This document shows positions 18,974 to 28,361 of a stretch of DNA of 64,000 nt, one piece after another; position 1 is the first letter of the stretch; each line of letters starts with the position of its first letter. The translations under genes were made by a program, and so were the position numbers. This stretch comes from an uncultured Atopobiaceae bacterium (GTDB taxonomy: Bacteria > Actinomycetota > Coriobacteriia > Coriobacteriales > Atopobiaceae), in contig CAWVDR010000002.1 of assembly GCA_963928085.1 (NCBI GenBank), positions 497,398 through 561,397 of the forward strand, in the 5' to 3' direction. Under the pieces are notes generated by a model, which made no database searches, was not told where the DNA came from, and saw only the letters and a program-made list of their open reading frames with translations.

Positions 18974-21943
18974 TCAGCTCCCCGCCCCGGAGGCCTGTAT
19001 CTGGAGGGCGTCGGCAAGGACCTGCCCGGCGATGCTCGCCGCCAGCCCCTCCACGTTGGTCCCGCGACCCTCCACGCAGACGGATATGACGAGCGTGGGC
19101 TCGTCGTACGGGGCGAACCCGATGAAGAGCGAGTTTGCGTTGCCGTTCTCCACCTCGGCCGTGCCGGTCTTGCCGGCAACGCGGGTTCCGGAGACCTGGG
19201 CCGAGATGCCCGTGCCGTGCTCGACCACGCCGAGCATGGCCTCCTTCATCTGCTCGGCCGTCTCGGCGGAGATCGCCTGGCCGAGCGAGCGCGGCGTCGT
19301 CGACGAGGTCTCGACGCCCTCGGGGGAGAGGACGTGTCCGACCACGTACGGGTCCATGGCAACGCCGCCGTTTGCGATGGCCTGCGCGACCACGGCGTTC
19401 TGCATCACCGTGGTCTGGGGACCGGCGGGACTCTCGTGCTGGCCGACGGGCTGGCCGCAGGCGGCCCACGCCGTCTCCCACTCCGTCATCTCGTCCGCGA
19501 CGGGCATGAGCGAGGCCACGCTCGTGAAGTCCTGGCCGATCTCGCGGCCGTAGCCAAAGGCGTTGGCGTAGCTCACGAGGGTCCCGGGGCCCACGGCGGT
19601 GCCGATCTGGCCGAAGGCGGTGTTCGCGGAGAGGGCGAACGCGTCGGCGACGGAGAGGTCGCCGTAGTCGTTGCCGTTGATGTTGGTGACCGCCGCACCA
19701 CCGATATCCAGCGAGGACGGCGCGCTCATCGTGTCATCGAGCGCGGTGGTGCCGGAGTCGAGCGCTGCGGCGAGCGTGACGGTCTTGAACGTGGAGCCGG
19801 GCGCGTAGAGCGCCTGCGTGGCCCGGTTGACGAGCTCGCCCTCGGTCCCGGAGGAGATTACCTGGTCGAGCTGGTCCACGCTGTAGGTGGGCGACGAGGC
19901 GCTCGCGAGCACCGCGCCGGTGTGCGGGTCGAGCACCACGATCGCGCCCGTGTAGCCCTGGAGCGCGGCCTCGGCGGCGCGCTGGATCTGCGAGTTGATG
20001 GTCAGCTGGACCGTGGAGCCCGGCTGAGCCACCCCCGCGAGCGAGTAGAGGGCGCTCCTCCAGTTGGAGTAGTCCTCGCGACCGGTGAGCGTCTCGTTCA
20101 TCGTGGACTCGACGCCGTCGGAGCCGTACTGCGTGGAGATGTAGCCGACGGTGTGACGCGCGAGCGTCCCCTGGGGGTAGGAGCGCGCGTAGGTGCCGTC
20201 GGGCTGCTGGGCGCTCTCGGCGAGCGTCACCCCGTCGGACGTGATGATCGCGCCGCGCTGCACGTAGGCGCTCCGCGCGATGGTGTGGCTGTTCGTGGGG
20301 AGGGTCTGGATGCGCTCGGCGTCGATCTGCTGGATGTAGGTGAGGTTGGCGACAAGAGCGGCAAAGAAGAGCGAGAAGACCGTGATGAGGGCCGTCAGGC
20401 GCTTGCCCAGCGCCACGCGCCCGAGCACGCCCGACTCGGCGGTGGTGAGGCCAAAGCGCCCGCGTGCGTGGCTGCCGTGAACCACGGAGGCGGTGTGGGC
20501 GCCCTGCGTCTGGATCTGGCTCGTGAGGGAGAGCACGGGGTCCTGGCGCGAGCTCTCCCGCTCGGTCGCGCTGCGCAGCTCGGCCTCGCGGCCCGTGCCC
20601 TCATCACCGGCACGCAGCAGCAGGCCCACGATCAGGAAGCTGGCGAGAAGCGAGGTGCCGCCCTGGCTCATGAAGGGCAGCGTCACGCCGGTGAGGGGCA
20701 GGAGCTTGGTGACGCCCCCCACGATGATGAACGCCTGGATGGAGATGGCGCAGGTGAGTCCCACGGCGGCGAAGGCGGAGCAGTCGGACTTGGCGCGCGC
20801 CGCCGTTGCCAGGCCGCGCACGCAGAAGAGCAGGAAGAGGATGAGGATCGCGGACGCCCCGAGAAGGCCCATCTCCTCGCCGATGGCCGCGAAGATGAAG
20901 TCGCTCTGCACGAAGGGGATGGTCGTGGAAAGACCGTTGCCGATGCCCGTGCCCACCAGGCCGCCGTCGGCGAGGGAGTAGAGCCCCTGCACGAGCTGGT
21001 AGCCGCCGCTCGATGCTGCCGACCACGGGTCGATCCAGATGTTGACGCGGTTCTGGACGTGGCCAAACAGGAAGTAGCACGCGACGCCGCCCACGGCGAG
21101 CAGCAGCAGGCTCACCACGACGTAGCTGGCCCGCCCCGTGGCAACGTAGATCATGATCACGAAGAACGCGAAGAACAGCAGCGCGCTGCCCAGGTCAGTC
21201 TCAAAGACCACGACGAGCAGGCTGATGCCCCACATGACCAGCAGCGGGAAGAGCATCCTCAGGCGGGGCAGCGTGACCGGCCCAAAGCGGCGCATGGAGG
21301 CCGAGAGCGCCTCGCGGTTGGTGGCAAGGTAGAACGCGAGGAAGAGCGTGATGAGGATCTTGGCGAACTCGCCGGGCTGGAAGCTGAAGTTGCCGATGTA
21401 GATCCACAGCTTCGAGCCGTTCTGCTCGGTTCCCAGGAGCATGGGGAGCACGAGGAGGACCACGCCCGCGATTCCGAGCGTGTACTTGTAGTCCGCGAGA
21501 GAGTCGAGGTCGCGCACGACGGCGAGTACGGCGACCATCGCCGCCACGGAGAGGAACAGCCAGACGACCTGGCTCACCGCCGAGTCGGGCGCCAGGCGCG
21601 TGAGGAACGTGATGCCCGTCCCCGAGAGGACGAAGACGATGGGCAGGATGGCGGGATCGGCTCCCGGCGCGAGGAACCTGATGGCCACGTGGGCCGCGGC
21701 GAAGGCGGCAAACAGGCCCAGGGGGACCCCCAGCGTGGCGACGCTCAGCTGCGAGTTGGAGTCGATCACGTACATCGCGTAGAGAAGAATGACCGGCACC
21801 GCAGCGAGGCAGAGAAGGAAGAGCTCGGTGTTCCTGCGACCGTGCCCGTGCTTGCGCGTGCCGGGGCTGGCGGGCGGCGCCATCATGACGGACGCCTCGA
21901 CCTCAGAGCGCGACATGGCGCCCGAGAACCTCCTTCGTCTCAC
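18974..21943 (-). CDS. Fused SEDS glycosyltransferase (RodA/FtsW-like) and class B penicillin-binding protein transpeptidase
   Basis: A single 989-aa frame with no stop. The N-terminal ~470 aa are polytopic SEDS ([11 protein letters not shown]). After a linker comes a TM segment, then a PBP dimerisation and transpeptidase domain (STFKTVT). The start is GTG 21943 overlapping the pstP stop, or ATG 21916. Confidence 0.8.
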   Translation of the reverse strand: MRRRRFSGAMSRSEVEASVMMAPPASPGTRKHGHGRRNTELFLLCLAAVPVILLYAMYVIDSNSQLSVATLGVPLGLFAAFAAAHVAIRFLAPGADPAILPIVFVLSGTGITFLTRLAPDSAVSQVVWLFLSVAAMVAVLAVVRDLDSLADYKYTLGIAGVVLLVLPMLLGTEQNGSKLWIYIGNFSFQPGEFAKILITLFLAFYLATNREALSASMRRFGPVTLPRLRMLFPLLVMWGISLLVVVFETDLGSALLFFAFFVIMIYVATGRASYVVVSLLLLAVGGVACYFLFGHVQNRVNIWIDPWSAASSGGYQLVQGLYSLADGGLVGTGIGNGLSTTIPFVQSDFIFAAIGEEMGLLGASAILILFLLFCVRGLATAARAKSDCSAFAAVGLTCAISIQAFIIVGGVTKLLPLTGVTLPFMSQGGTSLLASFLIVGLLLRAGDEGTGREAELRSATERESSRQDPVLSLTSQIQTQGAHTASVVHGSHARGRFGLTTAESGVLGRVALGKRLTALITVFSLFFAALVANLTYIQQIDAERIQTLPTNSHTIARSAYVQRGAIITSDGVTLAESAQQPDGTYARSYPQGTLARHTVGYISTQYGSDGVESTMNETLTGREDYSNWRSALYSLAGVAQPGSTVQLTINSQIQRAAEAALQGYTGAIVVLDPHTGAVLASASSPTYSVDQLDQVISSGTEGELVNRATQALYAPGSTFKTVTLAAALDSGTTALDDTMSAPSSLDIGGAAVTNINGNDYGDLSVADAFALSANTAFGQIGTAVGPGTLVSYANAFGYGREIGQDFTSVASLMPVADEMTEWETAWAACGQPVGQHESPAGPQTTVMQNAVVAQAIANGGVAMDPYVVGHVLSPEGVETSSTTPRSLGQAISAETAEQMKEAMLGVVEHGTGISAQVSGTRVAGKTGTAEVENGNANSLFIGFAPYDEPTLVISVCVEGRGTNVEGLAASIAGQVLADALQIQASGAGS

Positions 21944-23181
21944 TGCTGCTCACCCCCGTCCTGCGCGGAAACGGTGCCGTCGGTCTCCGAGCGGGCCGTC
22001 TCCGCAATCTGGGCGGCGCGGTCCTTCTCGGCGTTTATCTGCGTGTGATAGGAGTCGATGACCTCGCGGCCCGCTTCCTCGTTCTCTACGCGAATGCCCT
22101 GCGCGAGCTGGTCCTGGACAGAGGTCGGGAGGTCGGAGAGCTCGACGGAGCTCGTGCCGACGAGCTCGCTCAGGGGGATGCCGAGAAACTCTCCGTTGAC
22201 GCCGCGGTAGAGGCCCACGGTCGAGCCGTTGACGCCGAGGTACCATTCGCTGCGCACGAGCGCGGCGCCAAACAGAACGGAAAGGGCGAGAAACGCAACG
22301 ATGATGCCGCTGACTAACGCGGCGCGGCGGAGCAGGCGCTTGCGCGCGGCGTCGGCGAGGCCGTCGTTCAGGACGTCTACCACGACGACGGTCACGTTGT
22401 CGGAGCCGCCGGCGGTGAGCGCGGCGGCCACGAGGTTGTCGGCCGCCTGCTGCGGCGTCGCACTCGAGACCGCGAGCGACTCGATCTCCGCGTCCGAGAT
22501 CATGGACGAGAGGCCGTCCGAGCACAGGATGACGCGATCGCCGTCGTTGACCTCGAGGGAGAAGTGGTCCGCGTACATGTCGGGGTCGGAGCCGAGCGCC
22601 CGGGTGATGATGGAGCGCGAGGGGTGCGTGCGCGCCTCGTCAGCCGTGATCTGGCCAGAGTCGACGAGCTCCTCGACATAGGAGTGGTCGTGGGTGATGC
22701 GCACGAGCGTGCCCTGACGGAGCACGTAGGCGCGGGAGTCGCCCACGTGCGCCACGGCCATCCGGTTCCCCTCGATGAGGACGGCGGTGGCGGTGCAGCC
22801 CATGCCGGGCTTGCCGATGCCCTGCTCAGAGGCCTCGATGACGCTCATGTTCGCCGACTCGACGGCGGCGCCGAGAAGGACGTCGTCAGCCGTGCCGGGC
22901 GCCTGTTCTCCCACCGTCTCGACGGCAATCGAGCTCGCTACCTCGCCGGCGGCGTGGCCGCCCATGCCGTCCGAGACCATGAACAGGGGCGCCCTCAGAA
23001 GAAAGGAGTCCTCGTTGTGACCGCGGACGAGGCCGACGTCGCTGCGGGCCCCCCACGAGATGAACTCGTTGGAGCCAGAGACGGCGTCCGCCCCGAGGCG
23101 GCCCTCGACGGGAATCTCGGCGCGCCCGGGGGCGTTGGTGGGCTCCTGGACGGGGCCCATCTGTGCCTCGACAGTCGTCAT
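21940..23181 (-). CDS. pstP: PP2C-family Ser/Thr phosphatase with C-terminal TM and extracellular segment
   Basis: Motifs [17 protein letters not shown] and [16 protein letters not shown] overlap with fhaB. Confidence 0.9.
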   Translation of the reverse strand: MTTVEAQMGPVQEPTNAPGRAEIPVEGRLGADAVSGSNEFISWGARSDVGLVRGHNEDSFLLRAPLFMVSDGMGGHAAGEVASSIAVETVGEQAPGTADDVLLGAAVESANMSVIEASEQGIGKPGMGCTATAVLIEGNRMAVAHVGDSRAYVLRQGTLVRITHDHSYVEELVDSGQITADEARTHPSRSIITRALGSDPDMYADHFSLEVNDGDRVILCSDGLSSMISDAEIESLAVSSATPQQAADNLVAAALTAGGSDNVTVVVVDVLNDGLADAARKRLLRRAALVSGIIVAFLALSVLFGAALVRSEWYLGVNGSTVGLYRGVNGEFLGIPLSELVGTSSVELSDLPTSVQDQLAQGIRVENEEAGREVIDSYHTQINAEKDRAAQIAETARSETDGTVSAQDGGEQQ

Positions 23182-23591
23182 CCGCGGCTCACTCGCATGA
23201 TGGTGTCACCGATCTGCACCTCGTCGTCGTCGCGAAGCGTGACGGGCTGGTCGATGACGTGACCGTTGACGAGCGTGCCGTTGGTCGAGCCGAGATCCTC
23301 GAGAACGAGCGCGGGACCCTGGAGGGTGAGCCGGGCATGCGTCGAGGAGACGTAGGGCTCGTCGATGACGATGTCGGAGGAGGGCGACCGGCCGATGACG
23401 ACCGGACCCAGGATGTCAACGTGCAGGCCGCGGAGCGACCTCGTTCCCTTCTCGACGTCAATCGCCCAGATGGCGGAGTCGCGGCGCTGGCCGCGCACCA
23501 GGCCGACGCCGGTGCGCATGACCGCGAACAGGAACACGTAGAGGACGACGACGAGAAGGACGCGCCCCGCAAACAGCACGAGCTCGATCAT
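23178..23591 (-). CDS. fhaB: FHA-domain protein FhaB/FipA-like
   Basis: N-terminal TM segment plus an FHA domain (VIGRSPSSDIVIDEPYVSSTHARL ... STNGTLVNG). ATG at 23591 overlaps the fhaA stop. Confidence 0.85.
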   Translation of the reverse strand: MIELVLFAGRVLLVVVLYVFLFAVMRTGVGLVRGQRRDSAIWAIDVEKGTRSLRGLHVDILGPVVIGRSPSSDIVIDEPYVSSTHARLTLQGPALVLEDLGSTNGTLVNGHVIDQPVTLRDDDEVQIGDTIMRVSRG

Positions 23592-24655
23592 CGCGGGTTC
23601 TCCCTGAACTCGAGGTTCGTGAGACCGAGGGTGATGAGGTCGCCGTCGCGCAGGACGCACTCGCGGACGTCAACGTCATTGACAAGCGTGCCGTTGGTCG
23701 AGCCGAGGTCTGCGATGTGCCAGTCGCGCCCGTCGAACGAGAGCTCGGCGTGGCGGCGGGAGACGTTGGGATCGCGCAGGACGACGCCCGCCTGGGAGCG
23801 CTCGCGCCCGACGATCGTGGACGGCGCGCTCGCGGTGTAGGTGCGCCCGCTCTGCCTGTCGATGAGCAGGCAGGTCGCCACCTGGGGCTCCGGCTCGGGA
23901 GCGGGCTCCGGGGTGGCGGCGACGTCGCCGACGCCGCGGCGCGGGTCGACGAGCGGGACGCTGCGGCGCTGGGTCTGCGGCACGGGAACGGCGCCGGGGC
24001 CCTCGCCCGGGATGACGACCGGGGCGGGACCGCCCAGCGGGACGGGGCGCGGGGTCGAGGTGGACGGGACCAAGGGGACGAGGTCGACCGCCTCAAGGGG
24101 CATCACGTCGAGTCCGTCCGCCGCGGGCGTCTCCGGCTCGGGCGTCGGTGCGCCTACGGGCGCGGGCGAAGGTGCCGCGGCCGCCCTCCTGCGCTTGCCG
24201 CGCGGGTGCACCTGCGCGGCGGCGCCGCCGGCGCTCGAGCTCCCGGCGAGAAACGCGCGCTCCTCCTCGCGCAGGCGCGCGAGCGTGCCCTCGTCGACGT
24301 TCTCGGCGAAGACGGCGAACTTGCCCGACTTGAGGCTCGGGTCGACCATGAAGCGCACGAGCGGGCTGCCCACGAACGCGTAGCCCTTCTTCTGGGCCTG
24401 GGCGGTGACGAAGGCGGAGGTCTCGTAGGTAATCTGCTCGTAGAGCGGCCGCATCAGGGAGTCGTCGGTGGCCGAGACCAGCACGGTGTAGAGGGCGGGC
24501 GCGGTGTCGACGCCGTCGATCTCGTAGGTCTCGTTCTCCATCTCGCGCGCGGCGCGCTTGGCGAGCTTCTTGAAGGAGAAGGGCTCGGTGTAACCCTGCG
24601 GCGCCGCGCCGAAGACGGCCCCGATTCGGGACTCGAAGTCACTCAGAAAACTCAT
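23588..24655 (-). CDS. fhaA: FhaA-like protein (DUF3662 N-terminal domain plus C-terminal FHA)
   Basis: Starts MSFLSDFESRIGAVFG, then a Pro-rich linker and a C-terminal FHA domain (IVGRERSQAGVVLRDPNVSRRHAEL ... STNGTLVND). Confidence 0.85.
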   Translation of the reverse strand: MSFLSDFESRIGAVFGAAPQGYTEPFSFKKLAKRAAREMENETYEIDGVDTAPALYTVLVSATDDSLMRPLYEQITYETSAFVTAQAQKKGYAFVGSPLVRFMVDPSLKSGKFAVFAENVDEGTLARLREEERAFLAGSSSAGGAAAQVHPRGKRRRAAAAPSPAPVGAPTPEPETPAADGLDVMPLEAVDLVPLVPSTSTPRPVPLGGPAPVVIPGEGPGAVPVPQTQRRSVPLVDPRRGVGDVAATPEPAPEPEPQVATCLLIDRQSGRTYTASAPSTIVGRERSQAGVVLRDPNVSRRHAELSFDGRDWHIADLGSTNGTLVNDVDVRECVLRDGDLITLGLTNLEFRENPR

Positions 24656-26453
24656 CTATATCCTCGCCTTCCCGGTCCTCGTAGAGGGGGCCTCTCAGGA
24701 CAGTCGCGATGCACATAAGCACACTCAAGAGTACCGCAAGGACAAGGGCGGGCCAGTCGAGGGCGCCCCATATACCGCTATTCTCCATGCTAGCTGCGAG
24801 GATGTTGGCGCCCACAAGGAGGGCGAGGCCGAGGACCTGTCCCATGACCCCGCTGGTCACCGCCCCACGGAGCACGAGGGCCGACGAGAGGGCGGCGCAG
24901 GCGAGCGACCCTGCGAGGAGAAGCCAGAACGCGGGCGCCGAAACCTGCTCGAGGAGGCCGGCAGCGAGCAAGTCCGGTGCAAAGGATCCCGCCACGGCAA
25001 CGTGGTAGAGGGCGCCCGTCAGATAGCCCACCAGGGTGGATGCCCCCGCGGGAAGCGGGTCGAGCGCGTAGCCGGCGAGCGCCGCCCCACAGACCGGCGA
25101 CGGAAGGCAGCACGGCAGCAGGAGGACGAGCGACGAGAGGAGCTCGTGGCGGGCGACGAAAAACCACCAGGAGACGGTCGCCACCGCCAGGAGGCAGGCG
25201 AGCAGCACGGGGAGGGGCTCCCCGAGGGAGCACGCGACGAGCGCGACGGCCAGGCCGGCGGGCACGAGCAGCGAGGCGATTGGCGGCCAGAGCGCGGCGG
25301 CCAGAGCGCAGGCGAGGGGCGCCACGACGGAGGGTGCCCCGGCGTCAAGTCCCGGGATCGCAGGAGCGACGAGCCGAAGCGCCGAGAAGGCGAGAAGCGC
25401 GGTGAGGAGGCGGGCGATCATGCCGTCCGGGAGCCTCAGCTCTGGCCCGCCCCCGCTCCTGCGCACGCGGTCGCTGGCGTTGGGGTCGTCGTCGCGCTCC
25501 GCCTGCGCAACGAGCTCGCGGAGCGACTCGGCGCCCATTGTCGGGAGTCCCAGGTGGGCCACCAGGTCGTCGGCAAAGTCCAGAGCGTCAGCGCTGCGGG
25601 CCGTGGGCGTCGGCGAGAGCCCCTCGAGCAGGATGGCCTCGGCGTCCGCGTCGAGGCCGGGGCAGAGCTTGGCGAGGCGGCCCGGTCCCTTGACGATGCG
25701 CCGCCGCGAGTCCTCCGCGCTTCTCGCCAGAAACGGGTTCGACCCGGTGAGGGCCTGCCACGTCACCACTGCGAGGGAGAAGACGTCCGTCCGCTCGTCG
25801 ACCATGTCGCCGTCGATCTGCTCGGGCGGCATGTAGCCGACGGTCCCGCCGCGGGCGCCCCCGTACCCGGCGGCAGAGGCGAGCGTGGCCATGCCAAAGT
25901 CCGCGAGCTTCACGACGCCCTGGCGGTCGATCATGATGTTGGTTGGCTTGATGTCCAGGTGCAGGACCCGGTTCTCGTGTGCGAAGGCGAGCGCCTGCGC
26001 CACGCTCTGGAGCACGTGAGCGCACTCGTCCGGGGTGAGTCGGCCGCCTTCGACGCGGGCGAGCAGCTCGGCGAGGTTGAGGCCGTCGACGTACTCCATG
26101 ACGAGATAGGCGAACGTCCCGTCCGACTCGAAGTCGAAGACGGTGACGATGTTGGGGTGCCCGAGCATGCAGGCGGTGCGCGCCTCGGCGAGGGCCTCGT
26201 CGGCCGTGGTCCCGGTCTCGGCTGCGAGGGGCATGCGCTTGATGGCCACGCGCCGCTGCAGCCGCCGGTCCCAGCAGGTGCACACCGTGCCAAAGCCGCC
26301 GTTGCCCCGACGCTCGAGCACGCGATAGCGGCCGAGCAGGTATTCATCGTATGGTTGGGCCGCAGATGGCAAAGGGGTGCTCGTAGGCACCCGGTCACGC
26401 GGGTCGTTCACGGCACCTCCTCGTTTCAGCTGCGTCTGGCCGTGTGATGACAT
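24639..26453 (-). CDS. Ser/Thr protein kinase with a polytopic (about 8 TM) C-terminal domain
   Basis: Kinase motifs GNGGFGTVCT, HLDIKPTN and DFGMA; the C-terminal ~270 aa are hydrophobic. The true start may be GTG 26411, which is preceded by GGAGG. A TAAAAT -10-like hexamer directly abuts ATG 26453. Confidence 0.8.
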   Translation of the reverse strand: MSSHGQTQLKRGGAVNDPRDRVPTSTPLPSAAQPYDEYLLGRYRVLERRGNGGFGTVCTCWDRRLQRRVAIKRMPLAAETGTTADEALAEARTACMLGHPNIVTVFDFESDGTFAYLVMEYVDGLNLAELLARVEGGRLTPDECAHVLQSVAQALAFAHENRVLHLDIKPTNIMIDRQGVVKLADFGMATLASAAGYGGARGGTVGYMPPEQIDGDMVDERTDVFSLAVVTWQALTGSNPFLARSAEDSRRRIVKGPGRLAKLCPGLDADAEAILLEGLSPTPTARSADALDFADDLVAHLGLPTMGAESLRELVAQAERDDDPNASDRVRRSGGGPELRLPDGMIARLLTALLAFSALRLVAPAIPGLDAGAPSVVAPLACALAAALWPPIASLLVPAGLAVALVACSLGEPLPVLLACLLAVATVSWWFFVARHELLSSLVLLLPCCLPSPVCGAALAGYALDPLPAGASTLVGYLTGALYHVAVAGSFAPDLLAAGLLEQVSAPAFWLLLAGSLACAALSSALVLRGAVTSGVMGQVLGLALLVGANILAASMENSGIWGALDWPALVLAVLLSVLMCIATVLRGPLYEDREGEDIDEFSE

Positions 26454-26461
26454 TTTAGCGC

Positions 26462-26490
26462 TTGCGGGCGTTCGGCGGATGCGTTACGAT
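26462..26490 (+). promoter_or_regulatory. Candidate promoter for tRNA-Leu (TTGCGG-N17-TACGAT)
   Basis: The hexamers were read directly. The -10 element ends 10 nt before the tRNA. Confidence 0.45.
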
Positions 26491-26500
26491 AGCTCAGCAC

Positions 26501-26587
26501 GCGGGCGTGGCGGAATTGGCAGACGCGTACGGTTCAGGTCCGTATGGGGGCAACTCCATGAAGGTTCAAGTCCTTTCGCCCGCACCA
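26501..26587 (+). tRNA. tRNA-Leu (anticodon CAG), long variable arm, CCA encoded
   Basis: Acceptor GCGGGCG/CGCCCGC, anticodon loop TTCAGGT, 16-nt variable arm, T-loop GGTTCAAGTCC. Confidence 0.9.
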
Positions 26588-26596
26588 TGATTGCTT

Positions 26597-26625
26597 GGGG
26601 CCTCGGCTTTGCCGGGGCCCTTTTT
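26597..26625 (+). terminator. Intrinsic terminator after tRNA-Leu
   Basis: GGGGCCTCGGC-TTT-GCCGGGGCCC followed by TTTTT. Confidence 0.75.
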
Positions 26626-26651
26626 CGTGCGCGCGTGGCCCACGGCCCGCG

Positions 26652-26762
26652 GTCCTTCTCGCCGCCCCGCCCTCCTACGATTAGTGTACATAATCCGGTT
26701 TCAAATCATATATCCGCAGGATTTGTCCTTAATACCAGCCGGAATATGTACACTAATCGACC
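26652..26762. repeat. Left ~110-bp inverted-repeat arm with an internal 21-bp hairpin
   Basis: Reverse complement of 27936-28046. The internal inverted repeat is CGATTAGTGTACATAATCCGG / CCGGAATATGTACACTAATCG. Confidence 0.85.
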
Positions 26763-26775
26763 GGACGTCACCTCG

Positions 26776-27897
26776 TCACGTGAAGTACCACGGCCGCTCG
26801 GCCGCAAGCTCGCGTGCGAAGCGCACCCCCTCGTCCCAGGGGAGCAGGGACCAGATGAGTCTCTGTCGATGTTCCCGTTGCGCGGGGGTTATCGCCGCAT
26901 GTGCGTTTGCGAGCGCCTGTCCTCCGTCCAGCTCGCCGATTGTCATGGCGGCCTGGAGCATGACCGAGTCGAGGCCGCCGGGGGCGAAGAGGTCGGCCGA
27001 GGTTACGGGCAGGACGACGCGCCCCATGGCGGCGAGTTCTCGGTTGCGTTTGATGTCGTCGTGGTGCTTCCTGCGCACGGCGGCTATCTGTGCCTCCGCG
27101 TCTCCGGTTGTCGCGGCGCGGGCGATGGACTCGAGGTCAAGGTGCAGATGGCTGTCGTAGTTGAACCCCACGTGGGTGCCAACGACCTCGATGTCGGGCA
27201 CGCGCGAGCCCCTGCCCCCGAGCGCCACGAGCTCCGGCGTGGCGCCGTGACGCACGTTGAGCACGACCTCGCCGAGCTCGTATCCGGAATCTGCGACGGG
27301 AAGGCGAATCATGAGCGCAACGATCGCCTCCATGGGAGACCAGGCGTTATCGGCGACGCGTCGCAGTGCCAGGCGCGCGAGCATCGCCTGCGGCCGGTCG
27401 CGAAACGCCGCGAGGTAGGATCGTATCTGCTCGACGCTGGTTACGGGTGGCACGCCGTAGACGACCTCACCGCGCCGCGGGTCGGAGGGATCGCGCGCGT
27501 ACGTCCCGCACAGCTCGTAGCCCACGAGCGCCAGCGACTCCTGGCTCATCGTCCCTGCAAGCTCATAGAAAAGCAGCTCAGGACAGGGAATGGAGAGCCC
27601 GTCGCCAAGGCTTACGAACGAGCGGCGCGGTACGCTCGTCGAGCGGACGGTGCACGAGAAGATGGCACCCCTGAGGCGCTTCTCGGCGGATGGGACCACG
27701 ACCTCGATGGGCGCGTCCGTGCTGGGGGCGCCCGAGAGGCCCAGGCGTCGGGCGGGAATCACGCGTGCGGTCCAGCGTTGCTGGGGGCTGGGGTCGGGCT
27801 CCTGAAGGTCATGCCGTTCGGCGGGGAGCATGCGACCCTCACGCCGAAAAACGCGCAGGGCCCGCAGGGCGCTCAGGTTGTCGACGGTCAGCTGCAC
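26776..27897 (-). CDS. Hypothetical protein with a DUF559/Vsr-like (PD-(D/E)XK) nuclease-like C-terminal region
   Basis: GC3-rich ORF. The track gives 26776..27951 with a TTG start inside the repeat arm; I prefer GTG 27897 after GAGGAGG. The C-terminal motifs RVPDIEVVGTHVGFNYDSHLH and DDIKRNRELAAMGRVVLPVTSADL resemble actinobacterial DUF559 proteins. Confidence 0.6.
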   Translation of the reverse strand: MQLTVDNLSALRALRVFRREGRMLPAERHDLQEPDPSPQQRWTARVIPARRLGLSGAPSTDAPIEVVVPSAEKRLRGAIFSCTVRSTSVPRRSFVSLGDGLSIPCPELLFYELAGTMSQESLALVGYELCGTYARDPSDPRRGEVVYGVPPVTSVEQIRSYLAAFRDRPQAMLARLALRRVADNAWSPMEAIVALMIRLPVADSGYELGEVVLNVRHGATPELVALGGRGSRVPDIEVVGTHVGFNYDSHLHLDLESIARAATTGDAEAQIAAVRRKHHDDIKRNRELAAMGRVVLPVTSADLFAPGGLDSVMLQAAMTIGELDGGQALANAHAAITPAQREHRQRLIWSLLPWDEGVRFARELAAERPWYFT

Positions 27898-27935
27898 GCG
27901 TCCTCCTCGGGCCGGCGGCTGATGTGGTGGTGTTG

Positions 27936-28046
27936 ACGAATTAGTGTACAAATTCCGGGTGGTATCAAAACAAAATCCTGCGGATATGTGATTTGAAACC
28001 GGATTATGTACACTAATCGTAGGAGGGGGGCAGGGCCGAGAAGGGC
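27936..28046. repeat. Right ~110-bp inverted-repeat arm
   Basis: Reverse complement of 26652-26762 at about 90 percent identity, with an identical 38-nt core. Confidence 0.85.
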
Positions 28047-28072
28047 GCCCGGCCGAGAAGAACGTCGGGCCG

Positions 28073-28261
28073 CTACTCGTCCTCGTCGCCGAAGAGGCTC
28101 CAGTCGTCCTCGGACTTCTCGTGGTTGAAGTAGCGCTGCTTGGTCTTGCGCTCCATGACGAGGGCGATGATGAGGCAGATCACGATTCCACCCGCAATGA
28201 GGCAGAGAACCCCCATCTTGTCGTTGAAGAGCCACGTGACGAAATCCGCGATTGCCTGCAT
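28073..28261 (-). CDS. Small single-pass membrane protein (62 aa)
   Basis: [39 protein letters not shown] followed by an acidic tail. ATG at 28261 within ORF 28073..28408. Confidence 0.5.
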   Translation of the reverse strand: MQAIADFVTWLFNDKMGVLCLIAGGIVICLIIALVMERKTKQRYFNHEKSEDDWSLFGDEDE

Positions 28262-28361
28262 GCTGCCTCCCTGGGCGCCGTTTTCGATGCGCACAAGTAT
28301 ATACTTGGAGCGCCGCCGGGCACGTGCCCGCGGACAGGACAGCCAGAAGCGAGGAGTGAAC

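Noticed and set aside
18956-22048. 1030-aa plus-strand ORF across the RodA-PBP gene
   Set aside because: It is an antisense artefact of a high-GC coding region. It has no motifs, whereas the minus-strand product has clear SEDS and PBP signatures.
26377-27936. 519-aa plus-strand ORF spanning the tRNA-Leu gene, its terminator, the left repeat arm and the enclosed gene
   Set aside because: It reads straight through a tRNA and an intrinsic terminator. The minus-strand ORF has the coding-like GC3 pattern and an SD sequence.
28262-28361. T-box leader upstream of serS
   Set aside because: The spacer is only ~100 nt, with no specifier-loop or T-box sequence architecture.
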